Part shown: positions 11,273 through 21,673 of the stretch, piece after piece | How the letters are laid out: the number at the start of each line of letters is the position of its first letter | Position numbering within the stretch: the stretch's first letter is position 1 | Source: Chiloscyllium plagiosum | Taxonomy: Eukaryota | Direction of reading: 5' to 3' | DNA length: 33,626 nucleotides | Assembly: GCF_004010195.1 (NCBI RefSeq) | Contig: NC_057757.1 | Coordinates: forward strand, 9,839,154-9,872,779 | Made by a program: the position numbers and the translations under genes | Notes under the pieces: generated by a model | What the model saw: the letters and a program-made list of their open reading frames with translations, nothing else | Databases searched by the model: none | What the model was told of the DNA's origin: nothing

Positions 11273-11681
11273 CACAAATATATCAAGCCCTTTTATGATT
11301 ACCAGCACTCAGAAGTATAGTTTCACTCTGTGATAGTCTATCTGTCATGGTGGTGCATAACGTATGCATCATGCTTGGGCAGCTGCCTGGGGTGACACAT
11401 TCAGTTTCAGAGTCATTGTCTTGTATAGTTGGTCATGCACAATTCAGACGTCTCAACTCAGTCATTGTGGAATTTGACTAATATTGTTGACAATGTGGTA
11501 TAATTTGGGTTGTTGAATCTTTCCACAGGCCCATGTATTTGCAAGAGGTTCTTGAACTCAGATGCTTTGACATTGTACAATTTGGAATACCTATCTGCAT
11601 GCACATTATTCACAATCTTGCTCCATTTGTTCCCGTGTTTCCAGAAATGCTTCATGTACATTTGTTCGAATGGCAACAGGA

Positions 11682-12010
11682 GGGTGGCACAGTGGCTCAG
11701 TGGTTATCACTGCTGCCTTACAGCACCAGGGTCCCGGGTTTGATTCCAGCCTCGGGCAACTATCTGTGTGAAGTTTGCAGATTCGCCCTGTGTACGCATT
11801 TGCTTCCTCTCGGTGCTCTGGTTTCCTCTCACAGTCAAAAGATGTTCAAAGTTAAAAGTCACACAACACCAGGTTATAGTGTTGTGTGATTTTTAGCTTT
11901 GTATTCCTCAGTCCAGCACCGGCATCTCCAAAAGATGTCCAGGTTAGGTGAACTGGCCATGTTAAATTGCCTACAGTGTTCAGGGATGTGTAGGTTAGGT
12001 ACATTGATCT
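11682..12010 (+). mobile_element. HE1-like SINE (3' truncated, with nested insertion)
   Basis: gggtggcacagtggctcagtggtt A box and gggtttgattcc B box; body resumes at 11929. Confidence 0.88.
11849..11928. mobile_element. 80-bp hairpin insertion (probably Penelope-derived) inside the SINE; 13-bp TSD
   Basis: TSD caaaagatgt(t/c)ca at 11836-11848 and 11929-11941; arms aaagttaaaagtcacacaacac / gtgttgtgtgatttttagcttt. Confidence 0.7.
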
Positions 12011-12689
12011 ATAGCAAGCACTTCCTTTGAGATGTTCCCTAAAGCTAACACAGACTGTTAACATCTGTTGCAGGACTGTGAATTGGCTTTGTGCATTACC
12101 AACCTGAAGTTACACTCTCCTGGGATTACATCAAGGTTCATAAATGTGCAGCACACAAACTTGCAAATTGTCTACTCTGTTGTTTACATTCCACAGGAGC
12201 TTCTTCAACCACTGTTCATCTGAGATTATCACGGTGTTCTTCAAGCCGTCTGTCCTTTATATACCCAGCGGGTTTCACGTTGTATAGTCCCAAATTGTCC
12301 CAAAAGGATTGGAATGTTTTCAATGTGGTCAGGTTCTGTGTTCTATCAGGAGGTACAGAGTGTCCTGCAGTGAGGTCTAACCCATTCCATCACAGCTAGA
12401 GCTGACTGCCTCCGAGACAGAAAGGAGGCCATCAGAAAGAGTGAGAGGATTGTGTGTGGAGTGACGTTGCTCACAACACAGCACATTAGAAGAAGAGGCA
12501 ATAATATCCAACTATTAGACTCCTGACATCTCTAGCAAGCTGCTGGGAAATGGGAGGAACGTTCTGAGTAAATGGACGATGTTTAGTGATGGTGGCCGTA
12601 AGTCACAATCCCAGATCTGTCACAATGCAGCAACTCAGCCAAGCCACACATGTCTCTTTGGCCATGCAGCTGAATCAGAGGGGAAGAAG

Positions 12690-13038
12690 AGGTGATGGCC
12701 CAGTGGTTTTATTGATGTTAATCCAGAGACCCAGACAATATTCTGGGGACTTGGATTCAAATGCTGCAATGGCAGATAATGGAATTTGAATTCAATAAAA
12801 ATAAATCTGGAATTAAGAATTTAATAATGACGACAAAACCATTGTTGATTGTCAGAAAAACCCATCTGGTTCACTAATGTTGTTTAGGGAAGGAAACTGC
12901 CATCCTTACCTGGTCTGGCCTACCTTTAAATCTAGACCAACATCAATGTAGTTCACTCTTAATGTCCCTCTGGGTAATTAGGGATGGGCAATAAATGCTG
13001 ACCTAGCCAGTGATGCCCTCATCCTATGAATAAGAAAA
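12690..13038 (+). mobile_element. Second tRNA-derived SINE family with LINE-derived tail
   Basis: A-box-like gatggcccagtgg and B-box-like ggattcaaatgc; tail gggtaattagggatgggcaataaatgctgacctagccag matches the LINE end at 25270-25322. Confidence 0.75.
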
Positions 13039-13615
13039 GTGTCATTATATTTAGTATTTCAATTGTAATCTGAAGGATTCCAGCCTTGTTATGATGGACT
13101 TTATGGTAAATGATCTCCAGTGAGACTAACTAAGGACCACATGAAGCAGGGATGTTCAAAGGACAATTGTAAGATGAATAAAGAATTTGACATAAATGCT
13201 GCACTAACAGAATGAATACTGGGTAAAACAGTCAGAATGTGTCACATGTATCAAATTTGAAAGAGGGGCAACTAATGCAACACAATCAGAACTAAACTAT
13301 ATATTAATTTGGGATCGATAAGCTACTGAAGAAACAATTATTGTAATGACATATTAACTGAAGAAAGACCTCGAGGCTGCAATTGTTAACTTGACAAGAA
13401 TCAAAAATAAAATCATGGACCATATTAACAAGTCAAAGCTGCCTCAGGAGAAACAAGTTATCTGTACTGTTCAAGCAACTTAATCATAACAAGGGAATAG
13501 ATCAAAACACGTCAGAGCAAGAGCATGGCTAGGTTAATGTGATCAACATCATGAAGTATTACAGCCTGATGTTGGTCCAGACTGACTTGTGACAGTTATT
13601 TAGAAATGAGAGCTA

Positions 13616-13929
13616 AGATTAGATTAGATTCCCTACAGTGTGGAAACAGGCCCTTCGGCCCAACAAGTCCACACCGACCCTCCGAAGAGTAACCCACCCA
13701 GACCAATTTCCCTCTGACAAAACACTTAACACTACGGGCAATTTAGCATGGCCAATCCACCTGACCTGCATATCTTTGGACTGTGGGAGGAAATTGCAGT
13801 ACACAGAGGAAATCCCCACAGACACAGGAAGAATGTGCAAACTCCACACAGACAGTCGCCCAAGGAATTGAACACAGTTCCCTGGCGCTGTGAGGCTGCA
13901 GTGCTAACCACTGAGCCACCATGCCACCC
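13616..13929 (-). mobile_element. HE1-like SINE (near full length)
   Basis: (gatta)n tail, full body, head rc gggtggcatggtggctcagtggttagcactgcagcctcacagcgccaggg. Confidence 0.92.
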
Positions 13930-14108
13930 ATCAAAATTAGAACAAGATTAAAAGGAAGACAGCTGATTGTTGGATCTTGAGAATCAAGAGAAAGTTATAT
14001 AAGTACAAATTTACACAGTGTTCAAGGAGTTCACATGTAAAATGAAGTGCAGCTGAAAAATGGACTCTTTTATCTTCCAAAGCCAAAACTGGTTGCTCTG
14101 AATTTTAT

Positions 14109-14290
14109 AAACTAAAACAGAAATTGCTGGAAAAGCTTAGCAGGGCTGGCAGCATGTGTGGAGAGAAATTTGATTTATATTTCGGGTTAGGCGAGCCTTC
14201 CTCGGACACTGCCAAACCTGCTGAGTTTTTGCAGCAATCTCTATTTTGTTTCTGATTTACAGCATCTGCAGTTCTTTCCATTTTTAGTTA
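14109..14290. mobile_element. Short fold-back Penelope-derived element; 14-bp TSD
   Basis: TSD gctctgaattttat at 14095-14108 and 14291-14304; inverted arms at about 14114-14152 and 14209-14250; decayed hammerhead on the minus strand at about 14176-14206. Confidence 0.8.
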
Positions 14291-14384
14291 GCTCTGAATT
14301 TTATGTTTGCTACACCCCATTGTGGTTGCACAATGGAAAGCAAACCCACTTTTCCAGGAGTTGTTGGCAAAGTTAAACATTTTA

Positions 14385-14477
14385 GAGCTGAAAATGTGTT
14401 GCTGGAAAAGCACAGCAGGTCAGGCAGCATCCAAGGAACAGGAGAATCGATGTTTCGGGCATAAGCCCTTCTTCAGG
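14385..14477 (-). mobile_element. 93-bp Penelope-derived element bounded by a hammerhead motif; 15-bp TSD
   Basis: TSD aagttaaa(c/t)atttta at 14370-14384 and 14478-14492; rc CTGAAGA-A-GGGC-TTAT-GCCC-GAAA-CA-TC-GA. Confidence 0.85.
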
Positions 14478-14573
14478 AAGTTAAATATTTTATCAAAATT
14501 CACAGAATCCCACAATTTCGGTTGACAGAAAGCACAGACCAGATTTTTTTGTAGTTAACCATAATTATTATTT

Positions 14574-15810
14574 AGAGTCATAGAGATGTACAGCATGGAA
14601 ACAGACCCTTCTGTCCAACCCGTCCATGCCGACCAGATATCTTAACCCAATCTAGTCCCACCTGCCAGCACTCGGACCATATCCCTCCAAACTCTTCCTA
14701 TTCATATACCCATCCAAATGCCTCTTAAATGCTGTAATTGTACCAGGCTCCACCACTTCCTCTGGCAGCTCATTCCATACATGTACCACTCTCTGCGTGA
14801 AAAAGTTGCCCCTTAGGTCTCTTTTATATCTTTCCCCTCTCACCCTAAACCTATGCCCTCTAGTTCTGGACTCCCTGATCCCAGGGAAAAGACTTTGTCT
14901 ATTTATCCTATCCATGCCCCTCATAATTTTGTAAACCTCATGACCTCCCAACTCCTGTACTCAATACTCTGACCAATAAAGCAAAGCATACCAAACGCCT
15001 TCTTCACTGTCCTATCTACCTGTGACTCCACTTTCAAGGAACTATGAACCTGCACACCAAGGTCTCTTTGTTCAGCAACACTCCCTAGGACCTTACCATT
15101 GCTTTCCCAAAATGCAGCACCTTGCATTTATCTGAATTCAACTCCATCTGCAACTTCTCTGCCCATTGGCCCAACTGGTCCAGATCCTGTTGTAATCTAA
15201 GTTAACCCTCTTCACTGTCCACTACACCTCCAATTTTGGTGGCATCTGAAAACTTACTAACTGTACCTCTTATGCTCGCATCCAAATCATTGATGTAAAT
15301 GACAAAAAGTAGAGGGCCCAGCACTGATCCTTGTCACAGGCCTCCAGTCTGAAAAACAACCCTCCACCACCACCCTCTGTCTTCTACCTTTGAGCCAGTT
15401 CTGTATCCAAATGGCTAGTTCTCCCTGTATTCCATGAGATCCAAGCTTGGTAATCAGTCTCCCATGTGGAACCTTGTCGAACGCCTTACTGAAGTCCATA
15501 TAGATCACATCTACTGTTCTGTCATCATCAATCTTCTTTGTTACTTCTTCAAAAAACTCAATCAAGTTTGTGAGACATGATTTCCCATGCACAAAATCAT
15601 GTTGACTATCCCTAATCAGTCCTTGTCTTTCCAAATACATGTACATCCTGTCCCTCAGGATTCCCTCCAATAACTTCCCCACTACCGAGGTCAGGCTGTC
15701 CGGTCTATAGTTCCCTGGCTTGTCTTTACCACCCTTCTTAAACAGCTGCACATTTGCCAACCTCCAGTCTCACCTGTGACTATCGATGCTACAAATATCT
15801 CAGCAAGAGG
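14574..15810 (-). mobile_element. CR1 LINE ORF2 (RT to 3' tail) with internal deletions
   Basis: ORF 15287-15760 (KKGGKDKPGNYRP, SCLTNLIEFFEEVT, YMDFSKAFDKVPH); ORF 14652-14951 is the C-terminus; tail at 14574-14595. Confidence 0.95.
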
Positions 15811-16333
15811 TTATTCCAACCACACAGGTTCGAGCAACAGGCCAACAACTATGAACTATCGACCAATTATTCTACACTTAAAGCTCTAACCCCTGTATGA
15901 AACCTCCGCTGCACACATGCAAGAGGACACAGAATGATAAAATAAACCTTGGCATTCTGAGTGGAGAGGTAGACTGGGAAGACAGTTCATTGGTCATTGT
16001 CATAGAGCACACTCAGATGATCCTTTGGCTTCCCTGGACATGCTATTCTGTGATCTCATTCTTTTTCAGGAGTTTCTCACTTCCTTTCAGGCGTGACTAG
16101 TTCACAAATTATAAAGTCTCCTTGCCAGTGAGAATATCCTTTATTGCCACATACATTCAATATAAAATACAGAGAACAGTGTGTACTGCTGCTCATACAT
16201 AAGCACCATTCACAGAATAGGACAAAAGATGATAACTAAAAGAGAGCCCAACCTCTCCTACTCTGCTGAGACAGCATACCACTGCCAGGGTGCCATTCCC
16301 CGATTCCCAATCCATACCATACGAAAGACAATA

Positions 16334-16999
16334 CCCCCACTCTGGGCTTTAATAAGCCCACACCATACCGCAGACAGTGTACCCACAGTGGACAGTACAA
16401 ACCCACACCATACCACAGACAGTGTCCCCACACTGGGCTATACTAGCCCACACCATATCGCAGAGAGTGTCCCCACACTAGGCTATACTAGCCAATACCA
16501 TACCACAGAGAGTGTCCCCACTCTAGGCTATACTAGCCCACACCATACCGCAGAGAGTGTCCCCACACTGGGCTATACTAGCCCATACCATACCACAGAG
16601 AGTGACCCCACACTGAGCTTTACGAGCCCACACCATACCGCAGAGGGTGTCCCCACTCCGGGGTATACAAGCCCACACCATACCACAGAGAGTGTCCCCA
16701 CTCTAGTCTATACTAGCCCACACCATACCGCAGAGAGTGTCCCCACTCTGGGCTATACTAGCCCATACCATACCACAGAGAGTGACCCCACACAGAGCTA
16801 TACGAGCCCATAACATACCGCAGAGAGTGAACCTACTCTGGGCTATACTAGCCCATACCATACCGCAGAGAGTGCCCCCACTCTGGACTATACTAGCCCA
16901 TACCATACCGCAGAGAGTGTCCCCACACTGGGCTATACTAGCCCATACCATATCGCAGAGAGTGTCCCCACACTGGGCTATACTAGTCCCTATCATACC
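16334..16999. repeat. 45-bp minisatellite, about 14-15 copies
   Basis: Unit cccacaccataccacagagagtgtccccactctgggctatactag; one frame reads (SPHHTAESVPTLGYT)n. Confidence 0.95.
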
Positions 17000-17700
17000 G
17001 TAGCTAGGAGGTGTCCAGTCTCCCCAATGTAGAGGAGATTGCATCGGGAGCAACGGATACAATAAATGATATTGGTGGATGTGCAGGTGACACTTTGATG
17101 GATGTGAAAGGCTCCTTTGGGGCCTTGGATGGAGGTGAGGAAGGAAGTTTTGCAATTCCTGCGGTGGCAGGGACATCTCTGGGACACCCACACCAATCAA
17201 CCACACCGCCCTGTGGCCCAACATCTCAACTCCCCCTCCCATTCAGCTGAGGGCATGCAGGTCCTGGGCCTCCTCCACCGCCGCTCCCTCACCACCCAAC
17301 ACCTGGAGGAAGAACGCCTCATCTTCCGCCTCGGAACACTTCAACCCCAGGGCATCAATGTGAACTTCATCAGTTTCCTCATTTCCCCTTCCCCCACCTC
17401 ACCGCAGCTCTAAACTTCCAGCTCAGCACTGTCCCCATGACCTGTCCTACTTGCCTATCTTCCTTTCCACCTATCCACTCCACCCTCCTCTCTGACCTAT
17501 CACCTCCATCCCCATGCTCACTCACCTATTGTACTATATGCTACTTTCTCCCCACCCCCTCTGTCCTCTCATTAATCTCTCCACCCTGCAGGCACTCTGC
17601 CTCTATTCCTGATGATAGGCTTTTGCCCGAAACATCGATTTTCCTGCTCCTCAGATGCTGCCTGAACTGCTGTACTTTTCCAGCACAACTCTAATCTAGA
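17000..17700 (+). mobile_element. Penelope-like element 3' fragment (GIY-YIG endonuclease plus pLTR with hammerhead) with inverted 5' segment
   Basis: Minus 17003-17170: TCTSTNIIYCIRCSRCNLLYIGETG. Plus 17172-17400: HLWDT..VAQHLNSPSHS..EEERLIFRLGTLQPQGIN. Hammerhead motif at 17609-17638. Confidence 0.92.
17605..17640 (+). ncRNA. Minimal type I hammerhead ribozyme motif (slightly decayed)
   Basis: attc-CTGATGA-ta-GGC-TTTT-GCC-c-GAAA-CA-TC-gatt. Confidence 0.65.
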
Positions 17701-17702
17701 AT

Positions 17703-18110
17703 CTATTCAACCTCTACCACTAGCTCAAACCCTCTAATGCTGGCAACATACTTGCAAATCTTTTCTGAACCCTTTCAAGGTTCCCAACATCTTTCATATA
17801 GCAAGGAGATAGGAACTTAATACAGCATTTCAAAAGTGGCCAACCACGGTTCTATACAGCCGCAATATGACCTCCCAATTCCTATACTCAATGAACCGAC
17901 CAATAAAGGCAAGTATATCAAACAACTTCTTTACTAAGTTAGCTACCTATGAGGAACTTCCAAAGAACTACGAACCTGCACTCCAAGGTCTCTTTGTTTG
18001 GCAACACTCCCCAGGACCTTCCCATTAAGTATATAAATCCTGCCTGATTTGCCTTTCCAAAATACAGCAACTCATATTTATCAAATTTAAACTCCCATCT
18101 GCCACTCCTC
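17703..18110 (-). mobile_element. CR1 LINE fragment
   Basis: KFDKYELLYFGKANQ motif; cctatactcaatgaaccgaccaataaaggcaag as in other CR1 copies. Confidence 0.85.
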
Positions 18111-18164
18111 ACCCTGAGTGTTTGGACAAATGTTTCCTCCTTTTTTGAAACTTTTGTCCCCAAA

Positions 18165-18348
18165 ATGGTGGTAGAAGTTGTTGAACATTCTTAAGCTGGA
18201 GGTAGGTAGGTTCTTGTTAAGCAATGGCTGTGGGATTCGCAGAGGTAGGTGGGAAAGTGAGTGGTAATCAGATCAATCATGATTTTATTTAATGGTGAAA
18301 CAGACACAATGGGCTGAATGGCCTATTTCTGCTCCTGATTCTCTGTAT
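18165..18348 (+). mobile_element. Old CR1-type 3' end
   Basis: ttaagctggaggtaggtaggttcttg...gggctgaatggcctatttctgctcct tail pattern. Confidence 0.6.
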
Positions 18349-19067
18349 CTTCAGATAATAATGATCCTTCAAGTCCTTGGAATCAGTCCTTTTGGGCTTT
18401 ATAACCATAAACAGCCGTATCACACTTTGGAAACTATTTTAGGACATTGAGTGGCCTGAGCCACCTAATGACAGGATGTGGTTAATTAAACATAAGATTA
18501 CAGCCTTGACGATGGTTCAATTGATGCAAACAACTCAAATGGGAAACTTTAAAATGTGGTAAGCAGATTAATTATGAGATTAATTAAACTCAGTTTGCTT
18601 CTCATGCTCCCAAGAGGAATTACAATATGTCACAACACAAGACTGAACTCCTTCAGTGATTACCCTGGGATTTTGGTTTTGTGGGGAGGGGGTGGAATGT
18701 GTGGTTACAAAGTCCCTGAACTGTTAGATTGCCATACAAATAACCCAGCCCTTGAGCAGTGAGTGTGTTCTAACTGCTGCTAGGCCTTCCCCTGACTGCA
18801 CTGCCCCAGGGCAACCAGATGGTTCACTTCAATTCATCACGTGGCCACAGGATAGCGACCCAGGAAATTTGCACATTCAGACGTGGGGGCCGATGACACC
18901 ACATTCATGACAGAATGAAAGGATAAACTAAATGATTCAAATAGAGCCCAACCTGACAAAGGAGAGCTTGGAAAAGCCAGGGTTCAAATGACTGCCACAT
19001 CCAACATTCTCACCCCATTGCCGAGTCCAATTCCACACCTATCCACGAACTCTACCCCCACCTTCCA

Positions 19068-19360
19068 ATAGCAAGGAGATCAGAACTCAATGCAGTATTC
19101 CAAAGTGGCCTAACCAAAGTTCTGTGCAACCACAACATGGCCTGCCAACTCCTATACTCAATGCACTGACCAATAAAGGCAAGCATACCAAACATCTTCT
19201 TTACCATCTTATCTACCTATGAGGAACTTTCAAAGAACTATGAACCTGAACTCCAAGGTCTCTTTGTTTGGCAACACTCCCAGGACCTTCCCATTAAGTA
19301 TATAAATCCTGCCTGATTTGTCTTTCTAAAATACAACAACTCATATTTATTTAAATTAAA
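19068..19360 (-). mobile_element. CR1 LINE fragment (close copy of 17798-18091)
   Basis: Shares ctacctatgaggaact and aagtatataaatcctgcctgatttg with the upstream fragment. Confidence 0.85.
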
Positions 19361-19364
19361 ACGT

Positions 19365-19615
19365 CCCCTTCCCAATTCTGGTCTTCTGTTCATCTCCTTC
19401 AGTTGCTCAGGATTTTTATACATTTGAGGTAAGCTCTGGAATGCTTTCCTTAAGCTGTTTTGCCTCCCTCACACTCCCTGCTGTAAATAAATTTAAAATG
19501 TCCCTCTTTTTCCAAGTTTTTAGACATGTCCTAATCCCTTCTTCTTTGGCTCAGGGACAACTTTTTTCCCTCACTGCATTTGACACATGACACATTGTAA
19601 ATGGTGCTGTTTGTG
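19365..19615 (+). mobile_element. Decayed L2-like LINE 3' end
   Basis: ccttcagttgc...aagctctggaatgctttcctaagc...ttaaaatgtccctcttt..ccaagttttt resembles the LWNSLP..LKTYLF L2 terminus. Confidence 0.5.
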
Positions 19616-19850
19616 GTTGCTTTCAGGAGCAGATTTATTCTTAAAGTGTGTTTTTCAAAGGTGATCAAAAAAATAAGCTGAACTAAAGCTTCAGAGACAG
19701 GACCGATAGCAACTTGCACTTGGGGTTGTGCAGGTGGTTCTGTCCTCTCATTGTCATTTACAGGGAAGTTGACAGTTCCAGTGTCGTCACTACAGACTGT
19801 AGAAATGGTCAACTATTCAAGGTTGAGAGTTTAAAAGTAGCACCTGAGTT

Positions 19851-20150
19851 CCAAACTTCCAACTCAGCACAGTCCCCATGACTTGTCCTTCCTGCCTATC
19901 TTCTTTTCCACCTATCCACTCCACCCTTCTCCCCCTCCCCACCGACCTATTACCTTCATCCCCTCCCCCACTCACCTATTGTACTCTATGCTACTTTCTC
20001 CCCACCCTCACCCTCCTCTCATTTATCTCTCCACCCTTCAGGCTCTCTGCCTGTATTCCTGATGAAGGGCTTTTGCCCGAAACGTCGACTTTACTGCACC
20101 TCGGATGCTGCCTGAACTGCTGTGCTTTTCCAGCACCACTCTAATCTAGA
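19851..20150 (+). mobile_element. Penelope-like element pLTR/3' fragment with intact hammerhead
   Basis: Homologous to 17410-17700; ends ctctaatctaga. Confidence 0.88.
20055..20090 (+). ncRNA. Minimal type I hammerhead ribozyme motif (intact core)
   Basis: tc-CTGATGA-A-GGGC-TTTT-GCCC-GAAA-CG-TC-ga: conserved core, 4-bp stem II, palindromic ACGT stem III, GUC cleavage triplet. Confidence 0.8.
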
Positions 20151-20465
20151 CCCCATATCCTTCTAAATCCTTCCTATTCATATAGCCATCCAGATACCTT
20201 ATAAAAGCTGTAATTGTACCAGCCTCCACCATTTCTTCTGGCAGCTCATTTCATACACGCATCACGCTCTGTGTGAAAAAGTTGCCCCTTAGGCGGAAAG
20301 CATACCAAACTTCACTATCCTATCTATCTACAATTCTACTTTCAAGGAGCTATGAAGCTGCACTCCAAGGTCTCTTTGTTTACCAACATTCCCCAGGGCC
20401 TTACCATTAAGTCCTGCTCTGATTTGCTTTTCCAAAATGCATTTATTTAAATTTAACTCCATCTG
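20151..20465 (-). mobile_element. CR1 LINE 3' fragments (internally deleted)
   Basis: ccatatccttctaaatcc...ggcagctcatttcatac...gttgccccttagg pattern shared with other CR1 copies. Confidence 0.8.
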
Positions 20466-20678
20466 AGATTTGAACAGATATCCCAGAAGGTGAACTTGGA
20501 TTACTTATGCATGAACATTACCACCATGTGAACTGATACCATAAAAACCACAAGAAGACAAATATTCAATAATCTGGGCTATGTCTCTCATTCTGATAAT
20601 AAAATGGTCAGCGTTCCATTGGCACTTGTCTACCCTCACCTGATTTGCTGCTACTATAACATTGATTGAGCTGACCAA

Positions 20679-20771
20679 GAGCTGAAAATGTGTTGCTGGA
20701 AAAGCACAGCAGGTCAGGCAGCATCCAGGGAACAGGAGAATCGACGTTTCGGGCATAAGCCCTTCTTCAGG
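20679..20771 (-). mobile_element. 93-bp Penelope-derived element bounded by an intact hammerhead motif
   Basis: Nearly identical to 14385-14477. Confidence 0.85.
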
Positions 20772-20773
20772 AG
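20739..20773 (-). ncRNA. Minimal type I hammerhead ribozyme motif (intact core)
   Basis: rc: tc-CTGAAGA-A-GGGC-TTAT-GCCC-GAAA-CG-TC-gatt. Confidence 0.8.
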
Positions 20774-21127
20774 TTGTACAACAGCCAATGTTGCCAACCA
20801 GAATCTATACCTCACCTCTGCCATTGAATTTCACAATATTACCAGCTATATGATGAAAAGTATTGGCTCTGATGTATATGGGGAGCTGGGTTGGGAATGG
20901 GATGTATGGTAGCCATCCAAACTGATGAGAAACTTGAACATCAGTTGACCAGCCAGGATGGGAGTTTGTCACCAGGATAATCTGTGGCAGAATCTGGCTG
21001 TAGCCAGGGAATAGGGAATGGGGTGAAGGAACATCATTCATTGTGCGAGAGACTTGTGTCAGGATGACAAGGGGTGATTGATGGGAATGAGGCAAGATGC
21101 TGAAAGGGGAAAGGGATCATGGGATAA

Positions 21128-21673
21128 AGTCATAGAATCATGGAGTCATACAGCACGGAAGCAGGCCCTTTGGCCCAGCTTGTCCATGCTGACCAGATTT
21201 TCTAAACTGAACGAGCCCCATTTGCCAGCATTTGACCCATATCGCTCTAAACATTTCCTATCGATACACCTGCCCAAATGCCTTCTAAATGTTGTACCAT
21301 CTACCATCTCCTCTGGCAGCTTGTTCCATTTGCACGCCATCCTCTGTGTGAAAAAGTTGTCCATCAGGTCCCTTTTAAATCTTTCCCCTTTCCCCTTTAA
21401 ACCTACTCCCTCTAGTTTTGGACTCCCCTATCCTGGGAAAAAGATGTTGCTTATTCACCTTATCCATGTCCGTCATGATTTTATAAACCTCTGTAAGGTT
21501 ACCTCTCAGCCTCCGATGTTGCAGGAAATAATGTCCTTGTCAATCCAGCCTCTCCTTATAACTCAATCCTTACAGTCTCGGCAATATACTTGTAAAATGT
21601 ATTTGCACCCTTTCCAGTTTAACATCACCCATCCTGTAGCAGGGCGACTAGAATTGCGCACAGTCTCCAAAAG
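21128..21673 (-). mobile_element. CR1 LINE 3' fragment with tail
   Basis: NFFTQRMACKWNKLPEEMV..FRRHLGR; tail catagaatcatggagtcata. Confidence 0.9.

Noticed and set aside
11682..11755. tRNA gene-like A/B boxes (also in the other SINE heads)
   Set aside because: They continue into SINE bodies; these are tRNA-derived heads, not tRNA genes.
11458..12385. Minus-strand peptides sharing LYNVK (YSKLYNVKASEF and NLGLYNVKPAGY)
   Set aside because: The match is only five residues, with no flanking similarity or consistent exon structure.
13140..13610. A-rich, coding-looking stretch (KKDLEAAIV..KIMDHINKS)
   Set aside because: Many stops; it is most simply a very old LINE RT remnant, too decayed to annotate with confidence.
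16334..16999. CRISPR-like periodic array
   Set aside because: There are no unique spacers; it is a eukaryotic tandem minisatellite.
19403..19428. Apparent 26-nt micro-exon (ctccttcag|TTGCTCAGG...GAG|gtaagc)
   Set aside because: It lies inside a decayed L2-like 3' end, so the splice-like signals are explained by repeat sequence.
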